NCBI GenBank assembly: GCA_029243385.1
Contig: JAQWSC010000008.1
Coordinates: 45,612-109,611 of the forward strand
Source: Flavobacteriaceae bacterium
Lineage (GTDB): Bacteria > Bacteroidota > Bacteroidia > Flavobacteriales > Flavobacteriaceae
Direction of reading: 5' to 3'
Length of the DNA: 64,000 nt
Shown here in pieces: positions 17,790-26,175 of the stretch (position 1 is the first letter of the stretch; every line of letters starts with the position of its first letter). A program made the translations under genes and the position numbers. A model generated the notes under the pieces. That model was not told where the DNA came from. It saw only the letters and a list, made by a program, of their open reading frames with translations, and searched no databases.

Positions 17790-18486
17790 TCTTAAACACA
17801 TTCTGTTTCTAGATATCGAAACAGCTCCGCTTTATAAAACATACGCTGAAGTGCCTGAAGTAGAAAAAGAACTGTGGGCCGAAAAAACACACTACCAACG
17901 CAAAGATGCATTTTCACCTGAGGCGTTTTACCCACGCGCAGGAATCTGGGCCGAATTTGGGAAAATCATTTGCATTTCTGTTGGATATTTTACTCCCGAT
18001 CAAAGCCAAAGAACCTTTCGAATTACTAGCTTTTCTGGAGACGAAAAAGAGCTGTTGCTTGCTTTCAAATCGTTGTTAGAAACCTATTTTTTTGAACAAA
18101 AAAAACTGTTATGCGCTCACAATGGTAAAGAATTTGACTTTCCCTACATTGCTAGAAGAATGCTGATTCATAAAATTTCTCTTCCCAAAAAACTAGACTT
18201 ATTTGGCAAAAAACCTTGGGAAGTACGTCACCTAGACACATTGGAGCTTTGGAAATTTGGAGACTTTAAGCATTATACTTCGCTAAAATTATTGACTCAC
18301 GTACTAGGAATTCCTTCACCAAAAGACGATATCGACGGAAGTCAGGTTCGAGATATTTATTATGAAGAAAACGACTTGGAACGTATCGTTACCTATTGTG
18401 AAAAAGACGTCATTGCCATTGCTCAAATAATGCTTACATTGAGAGCTGAAGCATTGTTGAACGATTCCGAAATTATTCGCGTTTGA
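17773..18486 (+). CDS. stand-alone DEDDy 3'-5' exonuclease related to the PolB exonuclease domain
   Basis: Exo motifs FLDIETAP, HNGKEFDFPYI and YCEKDV. The track start at 17767 is TTG; the ATG is at 17773. Overlaps the upstream gene by 17 nt. Confidence 0.7.
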   Translation: MIQHLNLKHILFLDIETAPLYKTYAEVPEVEKELWAEKTHYQRKDAFSPEAFYPRAGIWAEFGKIICISVGYFTPDQSQRTFRITSFSGDEKELLLAFKSLLETYFFEQKKLLCAHNGKEFDFPYIARRMLIHKISLPKKLDLFGKKPWEVRHLDTLELWKFGDFKHYTSLKLLTHVLGIPSPKDDIDGSQVRDIYYEENDLERIVTYCEKDVIAIAQIMLTLRAEALLNDSEIIRV

Positions 18487-20162
18487 AAAATCCAACTCCC
18501 ATACTGTCTGTTCAAAATCTTTCCATAGCCTTTGGGGAACAAACCGTAGTTCAGAACCTCAACTTTGACGTTTTTTCTAACGAAATTATTGGAGTTGTGG
18601 GCGAATCAAGCAGTGGGAAGTCCGTAACAGCTCTTTCAATAATGGGATTGCTACCTAAAGGAAATAAGCATATTCAAAAAGGGTCGATTCGATTCGAAAC
18701 TACCGACTTGCATACGCTTTCTATGAACGATTTTAGATCGGTTCGAGGAAAAGAAATTTCCATGATTTTTCAAGAACCGATGAGTGCACTCAATCCAAGT
18801 ATGCGTTGCGGGATTCAGATTTTGGAAACTATTTTGTTGCACAAATCACTGTCTAAAGAAGCGGCTAAAAAGGAGGTCTTCCGATTGATGGAGCTCGTTC
18901 AACTTCCAAGTCCTAAAAGTACGTTCTCAAAATACCCGCATCAAATTAGTGGCGGACAGCAACAACGTATTATGATTGCCATGGCTATTGCGTGTCAACC
19001 CAAACTTTTAATTGCCGATGAACCCACAACCGCTCTTGATGTAACGGTTCAAAAAGAAATCATTTCGTTACTGAAAGAGCTTCAGAAAAAAACCCAAATG
19101 GCGATGCTATTTATTACACATGATTTGGGTTTGGTTTCAGAAATTGCGGATCGATTACTGGTCATGCATCAGGGGAAACTCGTTGAGCAAGGAGCGACAT
19201 CCAGTGTTTTCAAGTCTCCGAAAGAGGCATATACTCGAGGGCTCCTAGGAGCAAGACCTCCCATGACCAAACGCCCTTTACGACTTCCTACTGTTGCAGG
19301 TTTTATGGATAAAACACCCTCGGTTGCGTTTGAAACAAAAAACATCCGAAGCAACAAACATAAAAAAATATACAACCAACCCCCTATTTTGGAAGGTATT
19401 CATCTAAAAAAAGAGTTCATAACACAAGTAGGATGGCTGGGAGAAAAAAATTGTTTTACGGCTATCAATGATGTAAGTTTCAAACTTTTTCCTGGTGAAA
19501 CACTGGGACTTGTTGGTGAATCGGGCTGTGGAAAATCTACTTTGGCAAAAACAATTCTTCAACTGGAAGCTTTGGAAGAAGGAATGATTTTGTATGAAGG
19601 AACGGATATCAAAAAACTTAGCGGTAAGGCATTAAAAAAATTCCGAAAAGAAGTACAATTGGTTTTTCAGGACCCGTTTGCTTCACTGAATCCTAGTATT
19701 CAAATTGGAAAGGCAATTATGGAGCCCATGCGCGTCCACAAAATGTATGAAACTCAAAAACAGCGAAAAGAAAAAACCCTTGAGTTACTTGAAAAAGTGG
19801 GGTTGCAATCAACACACTTCAATCGTTATCCCCATGAATTTTCGGGAGGTCAAAGACAGCGCATCAATATTGCTAGGGCATTAGCTTTAGAACCCAAAAT
19901 AATTGTTTGCGACGAATCTGTTTCGGCCTTGGATATTTCTGTTCAAGCTCAAATTTTAAATCTTCTTAACGACCTAAAAGATCAATTTGGTTTTGCGTAT
20001 TTATTTATTTCTCATGATTTGTCTGTTGTTCGCTACATGTCAGATCACTTAATGGTTATGAAACAAGGAGCGTTGATAGAACAAGGAGAAGCTGACTCAG
20101 TATTTACGAACCCTAAAGACACTTATACCAAGCAACTTTTAGCGGCTATTCCTTCTTTATAA
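18483..20162 (+). CDS. ABC transporter ATP-binding protein with two fused NBDs (DppD/DppF, YejF/GsiA-like)
   Basis: Walker A GESSSGKS and GESGCGKST; signatures ISGGQQQR and FSGGQRQR. The TTG start overlaps the upstream TGA (TTGA). No permease or binding protein is nearby. Confidence 0.85.
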   Translation: MKNPTPILSVQNLSIAFGEQTVVQNLNFDVFSNEIIGVVGESSSGKSVTALSIMGLLPKGNKHIQKGSIRFETTDLHTLSMNDFRSVRGKEISMIFQEPMSALNPSMRCGIQILETILLHKSLSKEAAKKEVFRLMELVQLPSPKSTFSKYPHQISGGQQQRIMIAMAIACQPKLLIADEPTTALDVTVQKEIISLLKELQKKTQMAMLFITHDLGLVSEIADRLLVMHQGKLVEQGATSSVFKSPKEAYTRGLLGARPPMTKRPLRLPTVAGFMDKTPSVAFETKNIRSNKHKKIYNQPPILEGIHLKKEFITQVGWLGEKNCFTAINDVSFKLFPGETLGLVGESGCGKSTLAKTILQLEALEEGMILYEGTDIKKLSGKALKKFRKEVQLVFQDPFASLNPSIQIGKAIMEPMRVHKMYETQKQRKEKTLELLEKVGLQSTHFNRYPHEFSGGQRQRINIARALALEPKIIVCDESVSALDISVQAQILNLLNDLKDQFGFAYLFISHDLSVVRYMSDHLMVMKQGALIEQGEADSVFTNPKDTYTKQLLAAIPSL

Positions 20163-20188
20163 TTAGAAAGGAAAAACATAAATTGTTG

Positions 20189-20196
20189 TATGTTTG
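20189..20196 (+). promoter_or_regulatory. candidate -7 box (TATGTTTG) for the aldehyde dehydrogenase gene
   Basis: 20 nt upstream of ATG 20217. It overlaps the ATG at 20190 used by the ORF track, which argues for the shorter start. Confidence 0.35.
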
Positions 20197-20216
20197 TTAC
20201 ATACAAAACAAAAGTG

Positions 20217-21758
20217 ATGGTTGATATTGATATTTATAACATTTTATCCGAGTTAAAACTTCAAGAACACAATCTAGGGACTTCTACTGGAAAAGAATGG
20301 AAGGATAGCGATTCTCGAATTGTGTCGGTATCTCCCGTTAATGGGGAGAAAATAGCAACCGTAAGTATTACCAGTGATAAGCAATACGAAACAGTCATAG
20401 CTTCGGCCAGTAAAGCCTTTACAAAGTGGCGAGTCATACCTGCCCCTCAACGCGGAGAAGTGGTTCGACAATTTGGAGAAAAACTTCGCCTCAAAAAACA
20501 AGCTTTGGGCACATTGGTTTCTTATGAGATGGGCAAATCTTTGCAAGAAGGACTGGGTGAAGTTCAAGAAATGATTGATATCTGTGACTTTGCCGTTGGA
20601 TTGTCCCGACAACTTCATGGGTTAACCATGCATTCTGAACGAAGCAAACATAGAATGTACGAACAATACCATCCGTTGGGAATTGTAGGGATAATTTCTG
20701 CTTTCAATTTTCCAGTAGCTGTATGGAGTTGGAATACGGCACTGGCGTGGGTTTGTGGAGATGTTTGTGTTTGGAAGCCTAGTGAAAAAGCTCCTTTGTG
20801 TGGGGTAGCTTGTCAAAAAATAATTGCCGAGGTATTAGAAGATAATCACTTACCTGAGGGCATTTCGTGTATGATTAATGGCGATGCTTCGGTAGGAGAA
20901 TGGTTAACTAAGGACACGCGAGTCCCATTAATTTCGGCAACAGGATCAACCAGAATGGGTAAAATTGTAGCGCAAACGGTTGGCGTACGATTGGGAAAAT
21001 CCTTGTTAGAATTAGGAGGCAACAACGCCTTAATTATTACGCCCGATGCTGATATAAATATGACTGTAATTGGAGCAGTCTTTGGAGCAGTCGGAACATG
21101 TGGGCAACGCTGTACAAGTACTCGAAGACTGATTGTTCATGAAAGCAAATACGATCAAGTCAAAGAAGCATTGCAAAATGCGTATCAACAACTTAAGATT
21201 GGAAACCCATTGGATGAAAGCAACCATGTTGGTCCCTTAATTGACCACGATGCAGTAAAAAACTACTTAAATGCCATCGATAAGGTCGTCCAAGAAGGAG
21301 GAAATATTCTTGTAGAAGGCGGTGTGCTAGAGGGCGATATGTATCCTGGTGGATGTTATGTAAAACCTGTCATTGCAGAAGCCTCACCAAATTTCGAAAT
21401 TGTACAACACGAGACTTTTGCTCCTATTTTATACTTACTAAAATACAAAGGCTCTCTAGAAAATGCTATTGAAATTCAAAACAACGTCAAGCAAGGTTTG
21501 TCCTCAGCAATTATGACCAATAATCTAAGAGAAGCCGAACTCTTTTTGTCGGCAAATGGATCTGATTGTGGAATTGCCAACGTAAACATTGGAACTTCCG
21601 GAGCAGAAATTGGAGGAGCTTTTGGAGGTGAAAAAGATACTGGAGGCGGTCGAGAAAGTGGGTCGGATGCCTGGAAAGTATATATGCGCAGACAAACCAA
21701 TACAATTAATTATGGGTCGGATTTGCCTTTGGCTCAAGGAATCCGTTTTGATTTGTAG
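20217..21758 (+). CDS. aldehyde dehydrogenase family protein (ALDH7 / piperideine-6-carboxylate dehydrogenase-like)
   Basis: Catalytic Glu in LELGGNNA and catalytic Cys in GTCGQRCTS. An alternative start is at 20190. Confidence 0.85.
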   Translation: MVDIDIYNILSELKLQEHNLGTSTGKEWKDSDSRIVSVSPVNGEKIATVSITSDKQYETVIASASKAFTKWRVIPAPQRGEVVRQFGEKLRLKKQALGTLVSYEMGKSLQEGLGEVQEMIDICDFAVGLSRQLHGLTMHSERSKHRMYEQYHPLGIVGIISAFNFPVAVWSWNTALAWVCGDVCVWKPSEKAPLCGVACQKIIAEVLEDNHLPEGISCMINGDASVGEWLTKDTRVPLISATGSTRMGKIVAQTVGVRLGKSLLELGGNNALIITPDADINMTVIGAVFGAVGTCGQRCTSTRRLIVHESKYDQVKEALQNAYQQLKIGNPLDESNHVGPLIDHDAVKNYLNAIDKVVQEGGNILVEGGVLEGDMYPGGCYVKPVIAEASPNFEIVQHETFAPILYLLKYKGSLENAIEIQNNVKQGLSSAIMTNNLREAELFLSANGSDCGIANVNIGTSGAEIGGAFGGEKDTGGGRESGSDAWKVYMRRQTNTINYGSDLPLAQGIRFDL

Positions 21759-21777
21759 CATTTGAATTGGGATTGTT

Positions 21778-21785
21778 TATCTTTG
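21778..21785 (+). promoter_or_regulatory. candidate -7 box (TATCTTTG)
   Basis: 22 nt upstream of ATG 21808. Confidence 0.4.
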
Positions 21786-21807
21786 TAGCAACCAAAAAAA
21801 TATAGGT

Positions 21808-22242
21808 ATGTATGAAATTTTACAAGCGCTTCACTCTTATTGGGCGTATTTCGTTTTATTATTATTAACCATTGCTGTAATCAATGCTTTTTTAGGAGCT
21901 TCTAAAAAACGTTCTTTCGGCAATAAAGATCTTCGAATTTCTTTGTTTGCATTGATTTTTTCACACATTCAACTTTTAATAGGACTCGTTCTTTATTTTG
22001 TTTCTCCAAAGTTTGGGTGGTGGCAAGAAGGAATGGGCGCGGTTATGAAAAACAGTGATTACCGCCTGTATCTAGTGGAGCATCCTTTCACAAATATTTT
22101 AGCAATTCTATTGATTACTGTCGGATGGTCGCTTCACAAAAAACAAACTTCAGATACCAAAAAATTTAGTCGTATCGGAGTTTTCTATTTGTTAGGGCTT
22201 GTTTTTCTATTAAGTCGAATTCCTTGGTCCGTTTGGATATAA
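21808..22242 (+). CDS. hypothetical 4-TM membrane protein
   Basis: 144 aa with four hydrophobic segments. Its own -7 box lies upstream and a strong terminator downstream. Confidence 0.6.
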   Translation: MYEILQALHSYWAYFVLLLLTIAVINAFLGASKKRSFGNKDLRISLFALIFSHIQLLIGLVLYFVSPKFGWWQEGMGAVMKNSDYRLYLVEHPFTNILAILLITVGWSLHKKQTSDTKKFSRIGVFYLLGLVFLLSRIPWSVWI

Positions 22243-22247
22243 AAAAA

Positions 22248-22277
22248 CACTCTCTAAAATTTTAGAGAGTGCTTTTT
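22248..22277 (+). terminator. intrinsic terminator
   Basis: CACTCTCTAAAATTTTAGAGAGTG forms perfect 12-nt inverted arms (effective stem about 10 bp), followed by CTTTTT. Confidence 0.8.
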
Positions 22278-22436
22278 AGTAACCAAACCAATTAAACTAT
22301 GAAAAACTAATTTTAATTAGCTGTTAAAAATAGATTTTAACAACACTGCAATTTAAGAACTTGTTTTACAACATTTTCTTAATCAAATGTTAAATATTTA
22401 TGCCCTTCGTTTTTAACACTAAAAAACATACCATTT

Positions 22437-23432
22437 ATGGCTAAAAAACTGACTTACGGTGTTGTTGGAGGAGGCAGTTGGGGGACAGCAATTGTAAAAA
22501 TGTTGTCCGAAAATTTAAGTGAAATTCATTGGTATATGCGAAATGAAAGTGCCATTGAACATTTACTAGAAGAAAATCACAATCCTAATTATTTAAGTGC
22601 TGTAGCATTTAATCCCGAACAGCTCAGGCTAACCAGTAACATCAATGAGTTAGTAAAAGCTTGTGATATCGTAATTCTAGCCATTCCTTCTGCTTTTTTT
22701 AATAACGAACTGCAGTCCCTAACTATTTCTTTGGCCGATAAAATCGTGTTTTCAGCCATCAAAGGAATTGTTCCCGAATCGCATCTAATCGTTAGCGAAC
22801 ATCTTCATGAAAAATATCAAATTCCTTTTGACCAAATTGGCGTTATTACTGGACCTTGTCATGCAGAAGAAGTTGCTCTAGAGCGACTGTCCTACTTGAC
22901 TATTGCCTGTACCGATCAAAGTGTTGCTCAAGAGGTTGCTTCGTCTTTAAGTTCAACCTATATTTTTACCAAAGTATCGGATGATATTATTGGGACAGAA
23001 TATGCAGCGATGCTTAAAAATATTTATGCCATTATCGTTGGAATCGCTCATGGATTGGGTTATGGAGATAATTTTCAAAGCGTTTTGATGAGCAACGCCA
23101 TTCGAGAAATGAAGCGATTCATTAAAAAAGTGCATCGTATGAAACGAAACATCAACCGTTCGGCTTATTTGGGAGATTTGTTAGTTACGGGGTATTCTGT
23201 GTTCAGTCGAAATCGAATGTTCGGAAATATGATCGGCAAAGGATATACGGTAAAATCAGCTATGATGGAAATGACCATGGTTGCAGAAGGTTACTATGCC
23301 TCCAAAATTGCTTATGAAATTGGCAAGGAAAACGACAGCAATTTGCCAATGATTGATGCGCTATACGCCATTTTATATCAGGGAAAATCTGCCAAAAAAG
23401 TTATGGAGAAACTAACGATGAAGCTGGATTAA
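22437..23432 (+). CDS. gpsA: NAD(P)H-dependent glycerol-3-phosphate dehydrogenase
   Basis: N-terminal VVGGGSWGTAI; LKNIYAIIVGIAHGLGYGDN. Confidence 0.9.
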   Translation: MAKKLTYGVVGGGSWGTAIVKMLSENLSEIHWYMRNESAIEHLLEENHNPNYLSAVAFNPEQLRLTSNINELVKACDIVILAIPSAFFNNELQSLTISLADKIVFSAIKGIVPESHLIVSEHLHEKYQIPFDQIGVITGPCHAEEVALERLSYLTIACTDQSVAQEVASSLSSTYIFTKVSDDIIGTEYAAMLKNIYAIIVGIAHGLGYGDNFQSVLMSNAIREMKRFIKKVHRMKRNINRSAYLGDLLVTGYSVFSRNRMFGNMIGKGYTVKSAMMEMTMVAEGYYASKIAYEIGKENDSNLPMIDALYAILYQGKSAKKVMEKLTMKLD

Positions 23433-24454
23433 ATCGACGCTTTGAATTGCTCCAAAAATCGGATGTCGTTTTCATAAAACATACGAATATCTTCAATTTG
23501 ATAGAGCAACATCGCAATTCGCTCTATACCCATTCCAAAAGCATACCCTGAATAAACATCAGTATCGATTCCGCAATTTTTGAGAACATTCGGATCGACC
23601 ATTCCGCAGCCCATAATTTCAAGCCAGCCCGTGCCTTTTGTAATTCGGTAATCTGCCTCAGAATTCAATCCCCAATAAATATCCACCTCAGCACTTGGCT
23701 CGGTGAATGGAAAATAGGAAGGGCGAAGACGAATCTTTGATTTCCCAAACAGTTCTTTAGTAAAATACAGTAACGTTTGTTTTAAATCAGCAAACGAAAC
23801 GTCGGTATCTATATACAATCCTTCTACCTGATGAAACACACAATGCGAACGAGCCGAAATTGCTTCGTTTCGGAAAACTCGTCCAGGAGAAATGGTTCGA
23901 ATAGGAGGTGTGTTGTTTTCCATATAACGCACTTGAACAGATGATGTATGTGTGCGAAGAAGAATGTCTGGGTTGGTTTGAACAAAAAATGTATCCTGCA
24001 TATCGCGAGCAGGATGGTGTTCGGGTAAATTTAACGCAGTAAAATTGTGCCAATCATCTTCAATTTCAGGCCCTTCCGAAACGTTGAATCCAACTCTAGA
24101 AAAAATATCTATAATTTTATTTTTAACAATCGATATGGGATGGCGGGCACCGATATCTATGGGTTGAGAAGGGCGTGTCAAATCGCCATAAACCTGTTGT
24201 GAGCTAACCGTACTTGAAAGGGATTGTTTGAGAGCAGCTATTTTGTCAGAAGTGGATTGCTTGAGTTGATTGATTGCCTGTCCATACACTTTCTTTTCTT
24301 CGTTTGGGACATTTTTAAAATCGGCGAAAAACTGTGTAATGAGTCCCTTTTTACCCAAATACTTGATTCGAAACGCTTCTAGTTCTTCCAAGGAATTGGC
24401 TGAAAAATTGGAAACTTCTTCGATATGCTTTTCAATCTGTGCTATCATATTCAT
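23429..24454 (-). CDS. pheS: phenylalanine--tRNA ligase alpha subunit
   Basis: Class II motifs FPFTEPSAEVD and GMGIERIAML. An alternative ATG is at 24448. Confidence 0.92.
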   Translation of the reverse strand: MNMIAQIEKHIEEVSNFSANSLEELEAFRIKYLGKKGLITQFFADFKNVPNEEKKVYGQAINQLKQSTSDKIAALKQSLSSTVSSQQVYGDLTRPSQPIDIGARHPISIVKNKIIDIFSRVGFNVSEGPEIEDDWHNFTALNLPEHHPARDMQDTFFVQTNPDILLRTHTSSVQVRYMENNTPPIRTISPGRVFRNEAISARSHCVFHQVEGLYIDTDVSFADLKQTLLYFTKELFGKSKIRLRPSYFPFTEPSAEVDIYWGLNSEADYRITKGTGWLEIMGCGMVDPNVLKNCGIDTDVYSGYAFGMGIERIAMLLYQIEDIRMFYENDIRFLEQFKASI

Positions 24455-24470
24455 TCTGCATTAACAATCG

Positions 24471-24478
24471 CAAAAATA
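24471..24478 (-). promoter_or_regulatory. candidate -7 box (TATTTTTG) for pheS
   Basis: Plus strand reads CAAAAATA, 16 nt upstream of ATG 24454. Confidence 0.35.
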
Positions 24479-24489
24479 GGGTTTTTGAA

Positions 24490-24843
24490 TCAGTCAATCA
24501 TACCCTTCTCCAAGAAATACTGAACGATGGCCTCTTTCATTAAAATAGACTGCTCGCCAGGTTTTAAGTTAGGCAGTGATTCTTTTACCGTATAATGGGG
24601 CCAACCGTCGTCATCTATAAAATCAAAAGCATAGTATCCATAAGGTTCTAATAAACGACAAATGGCAATATGCATTAAGTTGATTTTTTCATCTTTTTTA
24701 AACGATTTATCAACTTGACCCAATTCTTGAAGTCCAATTAAGAAAATAATTCCATCCAAATCCAGAGATTCTCCCTCTGAAAACTGATTGGAAAGCGTTT
24801 CTACCACCAAGTTCCAACGGCTTTTTAGTTGTTCTTTTAACAT
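24490..24843 (-). CDS. hypothetical protein
   Basis: MLKEQLKSRWNLVVETLSNQF... The track start at 24882 was trimmed because a -7 box (24860-24867) lies inside the longer version. Confidence 0.5.
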   Translation of the reverse strand: MLKEQLKSRWNLVVETLSNQFSEGESLDLDGIIFLIGLQELGQVDKSFKKDEKINLMHIAICRLLEPYGYYAFDFIDDDGWPHYTVKESLPNLKPGEQSILMKEAIVQYFLEKGMID

Positions 24844-24859
24844 CTTTGAAATTGTTCTA

Positions 24860-24867
24860 CAAATGTA
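24860..24867 (-). promoter_or_regulatory. candidate -7 box (TACATTTG) for the 24490-24843 gene
   Basis: Plus strand reads CAAATGTA, 16 nt upstream of ATG 24843. It sits back-to-back with the cvpA box. Confidence 0.35.
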
Positions 24868-24891
24868 CCAAATAGAAGCCAATCAAAATAC

Positions 24892-24899
24892 TATATTTG
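24892..24899 (+). promoter_or_regulatory. candidate -7 box (TATATTTG) for cvpA
   Basis: 15 nt upstream of ATG 24915. Confidence 0.35.
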
Positions 24900-24914
24900 T
24901 ACAAAAGCAACCTT

Positions 24915-25421
24915 ATGAGCTACTTGGATATCATTTTGGGAGGACTGATACTTTTTGGTGCTATCAAGGGACTTATCAAAGGACTTATTGTAGAAATAGC
25001 CTCTTTACTAGCTTTGATACTTGGAACCTTCGGAGCAATTCACTTTTCACATTTTGTGAGCACTACCCTTTCGGATTATGTTGAGTGGGAAGAAAACTAT
25101 TTGAATTTAGTTGCTTTTGCACTTACTTTCGCTTGCATCATCTTTGTGGTTTCTTTGTTGGGAAAATTCCTGACCAAAATCGCAAAAGTGGTGGCTCTAG
25201 GAACCCTTAATAATTTAATGGGAGCCGTATTTGGAGGGTTAAAAATCGCTCTAATTATTGGTGTTTTATTACTGTTTTTTGACAAGGCAAACAATAACTT
25301 TCATCTTATTAGCGAGGATGTGATTAGCGAATCTATTCTGTATCAACCCGTTCAAGAATTGGGTGAATGGGTTTTCGGAAAAGTTATGGAAGAAAAAAAG
25401 GAGTTAAACGCCTTATTCTAA
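24915..25421 (+). CDS. cvpA: CvpA family membrane protein
   Basis: MSYLDIILGGLILFGAIKGLIKGLIVEI...; 4 TM. The track start at 24897 was trimmed. Confidence 0.8.
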   Translation: MSYLDIILGGLILFGAIKGLIKGLIVEIASLLALILGTFGAIHFSHFVSTTLSDYVEWEENYLNLVAFALTFACIIFVVSLLGKFLTKIAKVVALGTLNNLMGAVFGGLKIALIIGVLLLFFDKANNNFHLISEDVISESILYQPVQELGEWVFGKVMEEKKELNALF

Positions 25422-25422
25422 C

Positions 25423-26175
25423 CTATTCTTTAATTTTTTTCACAGCATCTGTCAAAAGCCATCCCACATTGCCGTCTGACAAGCTGACTTTTGACCAGTT
25501 GTTGATAGTTTCATCAATACGAACCTTAGTCCCTTCGTGTAATTGAAAAAGAATTTCACTCCGTACATTAGGTTCTGCTCTAAAAGAAACTTTTTCAAAA
25601 ACAATGGCCGGTTGTTCGGAATTATATTTAGAAACTTCCATTATACTAATGCTTACTGAAACAATAGCAAGTAACAAAACGACAATTATTCCCCCAAAAA
25701 AAGTGCGTTTGAAAACTGCCGATTTGCTAAAAAAATAAGTCACAAAACATAGAAATGCAATCCACATAAAAATAACAGCTGCATACGCCCATTGATCGGA
25801 AGTAAAGCTTTTTACTAGGGATTCAAAGCTTTGAGAAAATTGATCTTTTGGCAAAATATCTATCGCATCTACCGTCATTTGTTGAGCAAATGCAATGTTA
25901 TTGAGCGCATCTTCGTGATTGGGATCGAGCAACAATGTTTTTTCGTAATAATATATACTGGGTGCAATGTGATTTAGTTTGTAATGAGCATTTGCCAAGT
26001 TAAAATACAACGCTGCCGAATGAAGGTTGCCCTCCAAAACTTTCTCGTATGAATCGATTGCTTCTTGATAATTTCCTTCATTGTAATGAGTATTCCCCTG
26101 ATCAAAAAAAGCCGTATTCTGAGCATACAGAAAGCTTCCTGTCAATAGCATTAAAAGTGAAATATTTTTTATCAT
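25423..26175 (-). CDS. batE: BatE-like protein (signal peptide, TPR, TM, C-terminal SH3-like domain)
   Basis: TPR-like YNEGNYQEAIDSYEKVL; C-terminal GTKVRIDETINNWSKVSLSDGNVGWL. Last gene of the Bat-type operon. Confidence 0.7.
   Translation of the reverse strand: MIKNISLLMLLTGSFLYAQNTAFFDQGNTHYNEGNYQEAIDSYEKVLEGNLHSAALYFNLANAHYKLNHIAPSIYYYEKTLLLDPNHEDALNNIAFAQQMTVDAIDILPKDQFSQSFESLVKSFTSDQWAYAAVIFMWIAFLCFVTYFFSKSAVFKRTFFGGIIVVLLLAIVSVSISIMEVSKYNSEQPAIVFEKVSFRAEPNVRSEILFQLHEGTKVRIDETINNWSKVSLSDGNVGWLLTDAVKKIKE

Noticed and set aside
22278-22436. About 160-nt untranslated gap between a strong terminator and gpsA, considered as a possible sRNA or leader.
   Set aside because: There is no convincing promoter box, stable structure or terminator inside it. 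Only weak short AT-rich inverted repeats are present.
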